NCBI GenBank assembly: GCA_951406725.2
Contig: OX597821.1
Location: 67,456,001-67,520,000 of the forward strand
Source: Octopus vulgaris
Lineage: Eukaryota
Direction: 5' to 3'
DNA length: 64,000 nt
In this document: one piece after another, positions 51,965 to 64,000 of the stretch
Layout: each line of letters starts with the position of its first letter
How positions within the stretch are numbered: the first letter of the stretch is position 1
Position numbers and translations under genes: made by a program
The notes under the pieces: generated by a model
What the model was told of the DNA's origin: nothing
The model's database searches: none
The model's input: the letters and a program-made list of their open reading frames with translations, nothing else

Positions 51965-52687
51965 CGCGATCAAATTTCAATTTCATTTGTTGCTAAGAAA
52001 TATTTGAAAGCCGATTCCACTAAAAGTTTTCTCAATTAAAAACGTGTTTTAATGCTTAAAAAAGGGTAGGCAGTGGGTGAAAGATCAAGATAATTTGGAA
52101 GATGAGGTAAAGTCTCATATCCCAAGTCTGTGAGTTTCTGTAGCGTCATTCTTGCAATATGTAGCTTTGCATTATCGTGGAGTAGAATTAGACCACACCG
52201 ACTCACCAACGCAGGTCTCATTTTTTGCAAGTGAGCATGCATTTCAGCGAGTTGATTGCAGAAAACTTCTGCTGTAATGCTCTGATTAGCTTGCAGAAAG
52301 CTGGACAACACCAACTGCAGAACACCAATTAGACAACACCAATTGCAGACCACCAGACAGTCACCATAATCTTTTGCTAATATAACTTTGGCTTTGGGAA
52401 ATGTTTGGGGGACTCATCACCGTCAAGCCATTGAACTGATCGGTTACGGTTATCCTAAAGGATCCACTTTTCGTCACAAGTGTCTATTCGGTCAAGAAAA
52501 TGATCGTTGGTGTTTCGCAGAAAGACCATCCAGCACACTTCAAAATGCCGTGCTTTTTGCTTAAAGAGCATACATCAATTATTAAGTATGCCAAAATTCA
52601 CCTAAAATATAATTAAAATACTATGATAAAATTGCGTTTCTAAACACAACACATAGAACGGCCATTATTTTCAGAACTCAGTCATAT
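51965..52687 (-). mobile_element. Internally deleted mariner transposon (catalytic-domain pseudogene)
   Basis: FLDRIDTCDEKWIL, KIMVTVWWSA, LLHDNAKLH, LPHLPNYLDLSPTAY; TIR-like end near 52657-52687. Confidence 0.85.
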
Positions 52688-53191
52688 TATTGCTTCCATC
52701 GTCTCTCCTGCTTTATTCTTCATTATCACATTTGTTTTGTTATTATGCTTTTTGTAATAATTGTCGATAGAATTTTGATTCCCTAATTATTTATATAAAC
52801 AAAATATGTTAACTTTGTAATTGTTGTTGGAATGTTGCTGTTATTACATAGATGCAAGTCGACTTTACTTTTCCTCATTACGGTGTTTTTAAAAGAAAGT
52901 ATTAGTCAAAAACTAGTGTAAACTAAATTGGGCTATAACTCATCACGAAAATATCTAATTCTGTTTTTAATTTAGTAATCATCATAAGTTATTATAGAAA
53001 TAGAGGTAGTCAATTTAATTATCCTTGTGTATTACTGTTCCTTTTTTTTTATTGTGGATAGAAATACTTATAACTTTTCATTAGCTACAGATCAACGCTA
53101 ATCGAGGAGACCCTAATCAAAGGTAATAAAGCTTAGATGATAATGCCTTTTATTTAGAAAATGCACTCAAGAAAAATTAAATAATATATTA

Positions 53192-53602
53192 TACTTTTAC
53201 CCATTTACTTGTTTCAGTCATTTGACTGTGGCCATGCTGGAGCACCGCCTTTAGTCGAGCAAATCGACTCCAGGACATAATTCTTTGTAAGCCTAGTACT
53301 TATTCTATCGGTCTATTTTGCCGAACCGCTAAGTTACGGGGACGTAAACACACCAGCATCGGTTGTCAAGCGATGTTGGGGGGGGGGACACAGACACACA
53401 AACATATACACACACACATACATATATATATACATATATACGACGGGCTTCTTTCAGTTTCCATCTACCAAATCCACTCACAAGGCTTTGGTCGGCCCGA
53501 GGCTATAGTAGAAGACATCTGCCCAAGTTGCCACGCACTGGGACTGAACCCGGAACCATGTGATTCGTAAGCAACCTACTTACCACACCGTCAATCCTAC
53601 AC

Positions 53603-53604
<2 letters not shown>
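53192..53604 (-). mobile_element. SINE family A
   Basis: Full-length match to the family. Confidence 0.9.
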
Positions 53605-53645
<41 letters not shown>

Positions 53646-53814
53646 TGTGTATGTATCAATTAATTGAAAGGGGTTCTTAAAAGTCCATTGAGGTGGGTTG
53701 GAGGTATCCTCTTCCGATACTGCTGTTTAAAAAAATTATTCGAAAAAAGGGTCAACGAGCAAATGAGAAATTTGACTGGATTATAGCTATCAAAGAATCA
53801 TTATCGATTGGTAA

Positions 53815-54187
53815 TCTTCTCTCTATATATATACGGCAGTTTGTCTGTGTGTGTTTCTGTGTGTCTGTTAGGTTGTACCCTCACCCTGACCACGGCTCTC
53901 AACCGATTCTGATGAAACTTGACACACACATAGCCCAATGTCATAATTCAAAACTAACGCAGCGAAAATTTTGAAAAGTTCCCCCAGTTCTGAAAAAAAA
54001 TCGATAAATTCGACACGGGGTCGAGAATCAGAAACACAAACCACAGACTGTCTAGGGGACGCAACTCGAGCTTTTTAACTAAAAAAATTTACCATCATTT
54101 TTTTACCATTTTTTGGCTATAACTCTCTAAAAATGCTTTATAGTTATTTCCCTTACAAACCCGAGCAACGCCGGGCGATACTGCTAG
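53815..54187 (+). mobile_element. Non-autonomous Helitron (373 bp)
   Basis: 5' TC after host A; 3' hairpin CCCGAGC-AAC-GCCGGG, then CGATACTG-CTAG before host T; no TSD. Confidence 0.85.
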
Positions 54188-56295
54188 TCATAAATAAAAA
54201 GTGTGATAAAATATAACTCTATGAATGTACAAACGGAGGCTGACGGACATGTGTGACAGAGTCCAGTGGTCTCCATTTTCATATTCATACAGTTACATCC
54301 TGAACGTCGTCACTTGCATTCAGTGTTATTATATTACAGAGTAGATGTATTCAGTTTATAAAATCCCTTTCATTTGTTCCGCCATATTATACTCACTTCG
54401 GATGATTACATCTGAATCCTCTCTTAGTTCTCTTTTAGTTATTCCCTTATATCTTCTCAGTACAACCTAAATTTCTCTTTTAAAACATTTGTCCTTTCCT
54501 GGTGATGAATGATAAATCTGGGAACATCAAATTTCTTATTACCTCCCGCATAGAAACACATCAAAACATGGACAGTAATATTGCATCTCACTACATCATC
54601 CACTGTCGCCTGTTAGGAAAAGAATAGTATGTGATATGAGGAAGATTTGCCGACTATTTCTAGAAGGCCAAATGACTCTCGTTTAATCGTTTGTTGAAGT
54701 TATTGTCGATCTTATTTCCCATGTTTAACGTGATAATGACAGAAGTGATGTGATTAATAATATGTATTCCAGTCTTATACCGTTTACTGCCATTTGCTGT
54801 GGCACGGTTTTCCTGTACTGCTTGCTATTGCTCTTTATTTTGTACTACTTTTGCTGTTTACCTTTTTTCCTTTTGGATATAATCCTCGTGCTAATTTTCT
54901 AAGGCGACAGAAAGCGATTTAATAAACGTTGGCTGCTATATCTAGTGGCTGAAAATTCCTCACATGATCTCATTCATTGCAATGTTCTTGCCATTACTGT
55001 TATTGATCTTTCTCTCCTAAGTTTCACTGAGCATAACATTGCTTTTATCGCTATTTCGTTCCTCTTTATCGACTTTACGAAGTATGTTGAGTTCCTTTTA
55101 TCGTTTCTGATGTTATTGTAATTGTTTCAGCTTTTGTTGTTTAATTCTTTATTTTTAGATATTGCGGTTGTTGTTGATGCTATTGTTACTCCTATAGATA
55201 CTGCTGCTATTAGATCTATCCATGAACCTGGTTTGCAGTAATGGATTCAATTCACATCCTTTCATCTTAAGATCTTTAAAACAAGATTCTACTTACTAAG
55301 GGAAGTAAGTAAAATAGACTCAAGGCATGAATTTTGATGAATACGATAGGTCGCGATGCACTGAATGACATATGCAAAATATTAGTATTAGATTTAAATA
55401 TGCCTCTTATTCAACTAAAGAAAAGAAAAACGAGAAGCAAAATCTGTTAGTGATTTTCACAGAAAAGAAGTCATTTTAAGAAAATACTTAGTTTTGCCAT
55501 GAAATTATTAATTATCGTCCTTTAAAAAAAATATTTTTTTTTATTTTCAGGTATCATGTGGACTACAGAGTTGCTTCTGAAATCTTAAAGCTCATCAGAT
55601 CAGCGTAGATATTTATAGCTAGGAACGATGTTGTTTAATTGTAATTGCTGAATTCTAAAACAAAGAAGATTGTCAAACGTGTTACGAGTAATATTCTGAT
55701 TGCAAAATCATTATAAGTTACTCCACCTACAATTTTCTTGCTACCATATCGAAATTATTAAACTAACATCATCGTCATGAGCTAACTGACGAAAAGACTT
55801 TGTGGTCGTTGAATTAGCTAATCATAGAAGCTAAATCTTCCTCAAATCTCAAACTACTACGGTTTTATTAAATGCAGGATATATTCAATCACCTAATCCT
55901 AGATGCATCGTGTTTTTAAAATCAAACTGAATGGCCAGGCTGTAATGCATGTGAAAATAAGTTGCATCGATCAAGGAATATTACTGTCACCATCATCACT
56001 AACATTATCACCAAGAAAAACAATAACAAAAAGAAAACAAACATCAGCAATGCGACGAAATTTTCCAACCGGTAGTTTCAACCTAGCCAACGAAATCATC
56101 TCAGGCTGGTAATTCCAGTCAAGCAAGTTTAAACCGATGATTTCTGGTGATTTTAATTTTGCTATGAGTTATGAGTAAAACCGATGCTTAATCGAATAAT
56201 GCTGTAACAGTCGAGCGAACCACCCACTCCGTATCTGATACACATAATAAAAAATATTTAGGAAAAATATTAACAAAAACTCTAATGGATTACAA

Positions 56296-56369
<74 letters not shown>

Positions 56370-56536
56370 TTATTTTTTATATCCACATTTGCAGTTACAC
56401 AGTTGGTTGAAATATTTGTTCCAAATTTAACTTAAAGGTTAACAAATGATAATAAAATAAATTCCTTTCTCGCTTTCATTTTCTCTCTCTGTCTCTGTCT
56501 CTCCTTCTCTCTCTCACTTACTTTCTCTGTCTGGTT

Positions 56537-56587
<51 letters not shown>

Positions 56588-57084
56588 TACTTTGGGCTAT
56601 TAATTACTATACCCACCAATAGCTGACAGAAATTTTATTATGTTGTTATGACACTAAGTTAGGGGGAATGGAGTTTTGTATTCCATTTCGTTTTTCATCT
56701 GACTGATATCATTTTTCGCATAACCTGTAGCTCACCCAGCATATGACATGTTGAATAGAGCTGAGCTACGCACTTAATATCCATATAAATTGACAGAAAC
56801 GTCGAAAAGGAGACAACGCTTTAGAAAGAAAAGCGAAGCAAAAAGACTTCTTGTTTAATAATCACTGGCTTCCTAGGTTCAATGAATTCTGAGATTCAAG
56901 AGAAGACTGAAACAATCAATCATCATAGAAAATCATATCCAAACAAATGATCTTCAGGTAAGTCGGATGAATAGTAATGATAATACAGTTCCATATTTAA
57001 GAGATGAGGATTTATGTACATTATTTACATTATTTTCATTATTTACATTCGACGGATATTTGTCCTCGTCTTGTTTGTTTTTAG

Positions 57085-57126
57085 CACAACGTTTCGGCTG
57101 ATATACGCTCCAGCCTCCTTCAGGTG
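57085..57126 (-). ncRNA. Minimal type I hammerhead motif
   Basis: CAC-CTGAAGG-A-GGCTGG-AGCGTATA-TCAGCC-GAAA-CG-TT-GTG; one core change relative to copy A's CTGAAGA. Confidence 0.65.
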
Positions 57127-57163
57127 TCTTGGGGAAATTTCGAACCTGGGTTTTCATTCCTAA

Positions 57164-57363
57164 CTCTTTTACTCTTTTATTTGTTTCAGTCATTTGACTG
57201 CGGCCATGCTGGAGCACCGCCTTTAGTCGAGAAAATCGACTCCAGAACTTATTCTTTGTAAGCCTAGTACTTATTCTATCGGTCTGTTTTGCCGCACCAC
57301 TAAGTTACGGTGATGTAAACACACCAGCATCGGTTGTCAAGCGATGTTGGGGGGACAAACTCA

Positions 57364-57439
<76 letters not shown>

Positions 57440-57603
57440 CGACGGGTTTCTTTCTGCTTCTGTCTACCAAATCCACTCACAAGGGTTTGGTTGGCCCGAG
57501 GCTATGGTAGAAGACACTTGCCCAAGGTGCCACGCAGTGGGACTGAACCCAGAACCATGTGGTTGGTAAGCAAGATACTTACCACACAGCCACACCTGCG
57601 CCT
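57164..57603 (-). mobile_element. SINE family A, fused downstream of a 5S copy
   Basis: Full-length match to the family. Confidence 0.9.
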
Positions 57604-57615
57604 AGAATGTAATGG

Positions 57616-57679
57616 AATGCTTACACCACCTAGGTTTCCCAAGTGGTCACCCATCTAAGTACTAACTAGGCTCGATGTT

Positions 57680-57710
<31 letters not shown>

Positions 57711-57733
57711 GCTATCAATATATGGCCGTAAGC
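57616..57733 (-). pseudogene. 5S rRNA: 5S rRNA retrocopy/pseudogene (118 nt)
   Basis: GCTTACGGCCATA..GGTTCTCGTCCGATCACCGAAGTTAAGCAAC..GTTAGTACTTAGATGGGTGACC..TGTAAGC; small 5' deletion; no T-run terminator. Confidence 0.92.
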
Positions 57734-58257
57734 CTAAGGTATTTTTCGATGTTGTTAGTATTATTATTATTGTTGTTGCTGTTGTTGTTGTTGTTGTTGC
57801 TGCTGCTGCTGCTGTTGTTATTGTTGTTGTTCAGGTCATTGCTTGGAATCAAACTCGAAACCTTGGGGTTAGTAGCCCGCGCTCTTAACCACTACGCCAT
57901 ATGCTCACAAACAAGGTGAGTACAAATGTCCGTCGAATGTAAATAATGTAAATAATTAATGATAATGTTGATATTTTCCAACAAGAATAGTTCTGAACGT
58001 GTAAACATTGCACTAGGACATTCCACCTGTGACCATTGTGTCTTTTTTTTATTTTCCTGTAGCGAACAACCTTATGCAAGTGTCGTTCGACACTAGAGTG
58101 CTAAATTCAGAAAATGTGACTTATATTTTTCGCACTACTGCCGCCATTATCTTCTGTTAGAGGAAACGTGTATTGCTTTCTTCACGGCAAGTGTCTAATC
58201 ATGTCATGTCGAAGATTGCCGTGCAAATGTTTTTAGTTGTTAGGTTTTATCTTTGCC

Positions 58258-58622
58258 CTATTTCTTGTTTCAGTCATTGGATTGCGATCATGCTGGGGCA
58301 CCATCTTCAAAGGTTTAGTCGAACATATTGACATCAGTACATTCCTATTACATCATTCTCAGATGCCGAGACGCTAGTTTTCGAGGATGTAAGCAAACTA
58401 ACAACGGATGTCAAGTTCTGGAGTGGAACAGACACGGCATAAAGACAAAGATACACATAAACGGGCTTCCGTTTACTTTCCGTCGACAAGATTCACAAAA
58501 CAATGGCAACTGCGGGGCTATAGTCGAAAATCTTCCTTTCCCAAAGTGCCGCAAAACGGGATTGAACCCAAAATTATGTGATTTCAAAGCGAACTTTGAA
58601 ACTACATTGCAGTACCTTTGCG
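58258..58622 (-). mobile_element. Old diverged SINE of the family A lineage
   Basis: cttgtttcagtcattggattgcgatcatgctggggcacc..gggattgaaccc. Confidence 0.65.
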
Positions 58623-59128
58623 ACAACAGTTCATCGGTATTTTACAATTTTCTCGTCTTTCCTTCGATGAAATGTATATAAATTATATATAATTTATACA
58701 TTTCTCATTTGCTATAAATAAAAATAAACACCACATTTGGCAACCGTTATCAATCAAATGGAAATTCTTTCAATAATTTCGTATCATTGCTTGTTAATTG
58801 GCATTGGTATATATTCCAGCCGATCATGGATATCCTTAAAACGAAACCATTAAAGTATTCTAAGCTAAACTTGAGAGCTATACCACTGGAACATATATAT
58901 TACTAAATTCCTTGGTGGATCTCTCAAGATGTATATTCAATGGGATGATAGAGGAAAGCATCAGTATAATAATTATAGTTTCTATCTTGAGACATATATT
59001 GATCTTCACAGTGAATTAAGCTGTAATCATGTAAAGTGCTGAAATAACTATAGCGCCCTGCGTCTCTCTACCATACGTGTGTGCATGTATATGAAATATA
59101 TATGTATGTATGTATGTAGGTACGTATG

Positions 59129-59187
<59 letters not shown>

Positions 59188-59329
59188 TTACTTACAAACG
59201 TACATACATGCATGAATACACACATACATGCATAAATACGTACAGGCATACATATATAAATGCAGTACATGCATGTATTCGGTGATTGCCTTATTAACAC
59301 GAATTTGTTCTATTATATGTCAATTTTTT

Positions 59330-59470
59330 ATCATCTATTCTTTACTTTCTGTAGAAGATCGTATGCTCGAATATAAAAGACATTTCGATCTCCGTTTCCT
59401 GAGCGTAAACCAAAATCAATCGGTTTGTTGTTTATTTGTATCTTGTCTTCGTATTCGTGTGTTTTTTTGT
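59330..59470 (+). mobile_element. Decayed PLE tail (family of 35671-35880)
   Basis: CTTT-CTGTAGA-A-GATCGTATGCTC-GAA..AAAG, then cctgagcgtaaac..gtttgttgttta..tgtcttcgt. Confidence 0.6.
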
Positions 59471-60361
59471 TGTTGTTTTTTTCTTTTAGTGCACCATGTG
59501 AGTTCAGAGCCGTATATTATCCGGTCGGATACCGTGGTAGCCCTCAGCTGTGTTACAGGTTAGAGTTAACAGCGAATTGTCACTCACGCGGTAAATTCCT
59601 CCAATGAGTAATTCTGTGTTCGCTTCAGTGGATAGTAATATTATCTGGAGTGTATATTAGCAGTAATTATAACGATAGAGAATATGGAAATTGGTAAAAC
59701 CTCAACAGTTCTTTTCTTTTATTTACAATGTCATACAGCATATTTTTTGTGGTTACGGCAACCTACTCGTGTTTCCATTGCACAGAATATGAGCAGTTGC
59801 ACATGCAGCCGGGCATAATTTTCTGTGAAGCTTCGAGTTCGCTTCAGCCAAGCTGGTTGAAAGAATCTGAACGCAGCTGCACATAAAATTATTCCCGGTT
59901 GTATATGCAGCTGCCCATACTCAAAGCAGCGGAAACACGGGTAGGTCATCATAACCTTAAAAGTATGCTTATCTCTTTCAGAGTCCTTAAAGCATATATG
60001 AATTGAGTAAGTACATCAGTTTCCTATTAATTGAATGAAACTTTTAGAGAAGCGAGCAAGGAAACATGTATGGTGTCCAATGACCTGCAAAAAAAGTAGC
60101 CAAAAGTTGCTACATGAAATAAATAAATCAATATATCAAGTAATTAATTAATTAATTAATTAATTAATACTACAGTCTTAAAGCAAATAAGTATTGAGTA
60201 AGCACTACCAGTCTCGTTTAATCGAATACGGCTGAAACATTTACAGAAGCTAGCAAACGAGCCAGTATAGAGACAAGTGACCTTCAAATATGAGCAGCCA
60301 AATTCTACTAACGACAATTTAATTAATTCATTCATTCATTAATAACTAAATAAATAAGTTA

Positions 60362-60589
60362 TTTTACTTGTTTCAGTCATTTTTTACTGTGGCCATGCTG
60401 GAGCTCTACCTTTTTAGTCGAATAAATCCACCCTAGACTTATTCTTTGTAAGCTTGGTACTTATTCTACCGGTTCTCTTTTGTCGAACCGCTATGCTACA
60501 GGGACCTAAACACACCAACATCGATTGTCAAGCGATGGAGGGAGACAAACACAGACACATACACACAAATATATACATATATACATATG

Positions 60590-60652
<63 letters not shown>

Positions 60653-60843
60653 CCATGATAGATCGCTAGCCACTACACATTTTTTTTTAATGTTCTCTCC
60701 TTGTTTCTTTCCGTGTTCCTTTCTGTGGAAGAGCGTAGGCTCGAGACGTTAAAGACTTTTTCACTTCTCAAGCGTTAAACTAATACATAGGTTTGTTGTC
60801 TACACCACCTGTCTTCGTCTTTTGCTTTTTTCTAAAGAATTCT

Positions 60844-60906
<63 letters not shown>

Positions 60907-61045
60907 TACACGGCGGGCTTCTGTCAGTTTCCGCCTACGAAATCCACTCACAAACCTTTGGCCCAAGGTGCCACGCTGTGAGACTGAACCCGCAACTCAT
61001 GTGGTTGGAAAGCTAGCTTCTTACCACGCAGTCACACCTGCGTCT
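60362..61045 (-). mobile_element. SINE family A with a PLE tail nested in its TA tract
   Basis: Tail 60362-60560, head 60910-61045. Confidence 0.85.
60651..60846 (+). mobile_element. PLE 3' terminal fragment inserted in (TA)n
   Basis: Colinear with the reverse complement of 35671-35880; CTTT-CTGTGGA-A-GAGCGTAGGCTC-GAGA-CG-TT-AAAG. Confidence 0.8.
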
Positions 61046-61139
61046 ATATGAATACTTTTCTCTTAAAAATGGAATCACGCACTGTATATGAGCCCAGTGA
61101 TAATGTGTGCGTGTCTGAAATTTGAGACGAGATGGAATT

Positions 61140-61516
61140 ACGATAATGATAATAACGATGACGGTGCTAATGACTATTATAACGACGACGGTAATGATGA
61201 CGATGATGAGAAGGTTGACGATTAAGACAAGGGTGGTGACGATGACGATGACGATCAAAATGACGGTGATGACGATGATGGAAGACAATGATGATGATCA
61301 TGATGATGATAATGATGATGATACCGATCATGTCGACGACGATGTTAGTGGCGATGATGATAGTGATGATGAAGATATGATGATGATGACGATGATGTTA
61401 ATGAGGATGATGATGATGATGATGATGACGACGATGATGATGATGATGATGACGACGAAGACGATGATGATGACGACGACGACGACGATGATTATGATGA
61501 TGATCATGACGACGAC

Positions 61517-61560
<44 letters not shown>

Positions 61561-61561
61561 C

Positions 61562-61612
<51 letters not shown>

Positions 61613-61778
61613 GAAGACGATGATGTTGATGATGATGATGATGATGATGATGACGACAATGATGATGATGATACTGGTCATGACAACGATGTAGTGGCGA
61701 TGATGATAGTGGTGATGATGATGATGACGATGATGATGACGATGATGATGATACCGATCATGACGACGATGATAGTGG

Positions 61779-61814
<36 letters not shown>

Positions 61815-61815
61815 C
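61140..61815. repeat. (GAT/GAC)n microsatellite with higher-order repeats
   Basis: gatac(c/t)g(a/g)tcatg..gatagtg motif recurs near 61320, 61670 and 61750. Confidence 0.9.
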
Positions 61816-62400
61816 TGGAGTGTCATTGTTCACTGACCAGCCGAGTCAGGCCCGGACATAAGACGAAACAACAGCAACAATAACTCCAACAACGACTGCA
61901 ACAGCCGCAAAATAAAAAAAATTTGCGTGTAAAATATCATTACAAGATATTTTGTTTGGTTTTATTTTTTGATATATATATTTGTGGGGGACAGTCCACT
62001 TGTGACAGAGACAGCCTATTTATTTTATTTCATTTTATTTTCAAATACTAAATTTCTCATAGACATATGATTCTTTTGAGACTTTCCGTTCCTGGTTCCT
62101 GACAAACAAACTAGTCTTTGGAGATAACTTTATTTCCAATAGATATACTATGTCAGTCTTTGAATGAGACAGACGAACTAGTCAACTTAAATGGCGAACT
62201 GTTAATTTTTGCGCATGCGCACGTGTATGCTTTTCCCCAAATTTATTTGTTTCTTTATTTGTTTAGTTTTTTGGCCTTTTTGTCTTCTTTTTTCAAAGAG
62301 AACATTAAATGGTTGAAAAATAATTAATTTGACAATTTAAATGTTTCTCTTATTTTTGTGATTAGAGGGAAATAGGAAGAATAAAGGAAGTGAAAAGTAA

Positions 62401-62488
<88 letters not shown>

Positions 62489-62900
62489 TTAGGTAGGTAA
62501 ACAGATAGGTTGGTAGATAGGTAGGTAGGTAGGTAGGTAGATAGACTTATAGATAGATTAATTCATTGATTCATTGATAGATACGTTCATACATACATAT
62601 ATGTATCAGTACATACAGATATACACTCACACAAGCATACGCACATGCATACGTACATATTGATATGCACACATACAACCATACATACAGATATATATAT
62701 ATACATACAGACATACATACATACATACATAGGGGAAATATACATAGGGAAGATATACACTCATACAACCATACACACATGCATACATACTGATATACAC
62801 ACATACAACCATACATACAGATATATATGCATACAGACATACATACATAGGGAAAATATACAGATACGCGCATAGGAAAAAGATAGATAGACAGACAGAC

Positions 62901-62978
<78 letters not shown>

Positions 62979-63395
62979 GACGTAAAAGAGTCGGCTTTAT
63001 ATATTTTCTTACCTTTATTATGTTTATGAGCGTAGAATATCGATACAAACTAATTGATTTTTAGATATTTCAAAGGCCGCATTTTTTTTTTATCTTCTAT
63101 TTAGATTTGGTTGATGATAATGATAATAAAAACAGTATTTTTTAAATGAAAAAATAATTACTGTAAGTTGTTTGAAACTCGTGGTGATGGAGACGTTTGA
63201 AAATGATATGTGATTTTGTTGTTTAGTCCCTAACGCAGCTGTGAGTGACACTCCATTCGTGACCATCGCGATTTTTCTTATATCTGATACCGTGTATTTA
63301 GTACTACTATTTTTGTCTTTTACATGGTAATGTGTGATATGAAAGAAATGCGACGTACGTCCGTTAAGCCTTACGACTAGTTAGAGGCTCCCCGT

Positions 63396-63840
63396 TCACG
63401 TGAAATACGGGCAGAGGATAAACTGTTTTGTTCACGTGATGTTACTTTGTTGCTTGTATAGAGATTAGTGTCGACATTGTTGTCAGTAGGGATTGCACTC
63501 ACACGTGGCCGAGTGGTTAAGACATTCGCTTCTCAATCATGGAAACACGAATTCGATCCCAATACATAGCATCTTGACAATTTTTTTTTTTTTGTCATTG
63601 CCTCAGGTCAAACTAAGTAAGTCTTGTGTTTGTGACAGAGTACACGAAAACGGTACAGAATTCATCGGAGTACAAGTCGTCGTTGACTTACGACCGATTG
63701 GCGCGCCAGTTCCAGACAGTAATAATAAATAGTCCAGCTGAAATCTAACGGGTTTAATTTCCCAGAAATTAACCCTTCTACGGATGACGTCAGCTAAAAC
63801 ATCAAAGATCCACAGCCAATCACCAGTCTATAATAAATAT
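63396..63840. promoter_or_regulatory. Putative promoter/enhancer motif cluster
   Basis: TCACGTGA x2 (63396, 63432), ATTGGCGCGCCA (63697), TTCCCAGAA (63759), TGACGTCA (63785), CCAAT (63816), TATAATAAA (63829). Confidence 0.35.
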
Positions 63841-64000
63841 TTAAATAAGTTTTGCAACTGTTCCTTACCCTACATTGTGTATTTCTTGTACTTGTATTCT
63901 TTGGTACTTTTCTATGAACAAATAATATTGTAGTATAATAAAGAATGTTGTGTGTGACTTTTGCCTGAGAATGGACCTTAAGATTGTAAAATTATAAAAC

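Larger units (their letters stand above)
56984..57956 (-). mobile_element. tRNA-headed, HHR-bearing PLE-like short element, copy B
   Basis: Head 57904-57830; (AAC/AAT)n; HHR 57126-57085; terminus 56984; inverted tail 57905-57956; TSD TAATGATAAT at 56975-56984 and 57957-57966. Confidence 0.75.

Noticed and set aside
55551-55608. Possible host exon after a strong acceptor (ttttattttcag|G), reading YHVDYRVASEILKLIRSA*
   Set aside because: No partner exons or recognisable homology; cannot be supported without RNA-seq.
57616-57733. Functional 5S rRNA gene
   Set aside because: Solitary, carries a small deletion, lacks an oligo-T terminator and is nested inside another element.
61122-61694. 190-aa Met/Asp-rich ORF
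   Set aside because: (GAT)n repeat read in a stop-free frame.

Overview
AT-rich, gene-poor animal genomic DNA (intergenic or a large intron), dense in microsatellites and transposable elements. The SINE families and repeat density resemble an octopod cephalopod; this is inference from recall, not a database result. I can support no intact host protein-coding gene, and most ORFs in the track are microsatellite translations. The window holds about 11 copies of one tRNA-derived SINE, Meta-domain SINEs (two as tandem arrays), CORE-type SINEs, four decayed mariner transposons, several MITE/foldback elements and a non-autonomous Helitron. It also holds R4/Dong-like RLE LINEs ending in (CATA)n, an RTE 3' end with C2H2 fingers, a 5S rRNA retrocopy, and many Penelope-like element (PLE) pieces that sit in (TA)n tracts and carry hammerhead ribozyme (HHR) motifs. 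Most notable: (1) a short non-coding element, present twice and flanked by TSDs, that joins a tRNA-like Pol III head, a hammerhead motif and a PLE-type tail with an inverted tail copy, i.e. a candidate PLE-mobilised ribozyme-bearing SINE; (2) a complete canonical HHR at 40244-40329 and a three-copy HHR family with a CUGU core; (3) a 5S rRNA-SINE chimera; (4) several 100-130 bp locally templated insertions.
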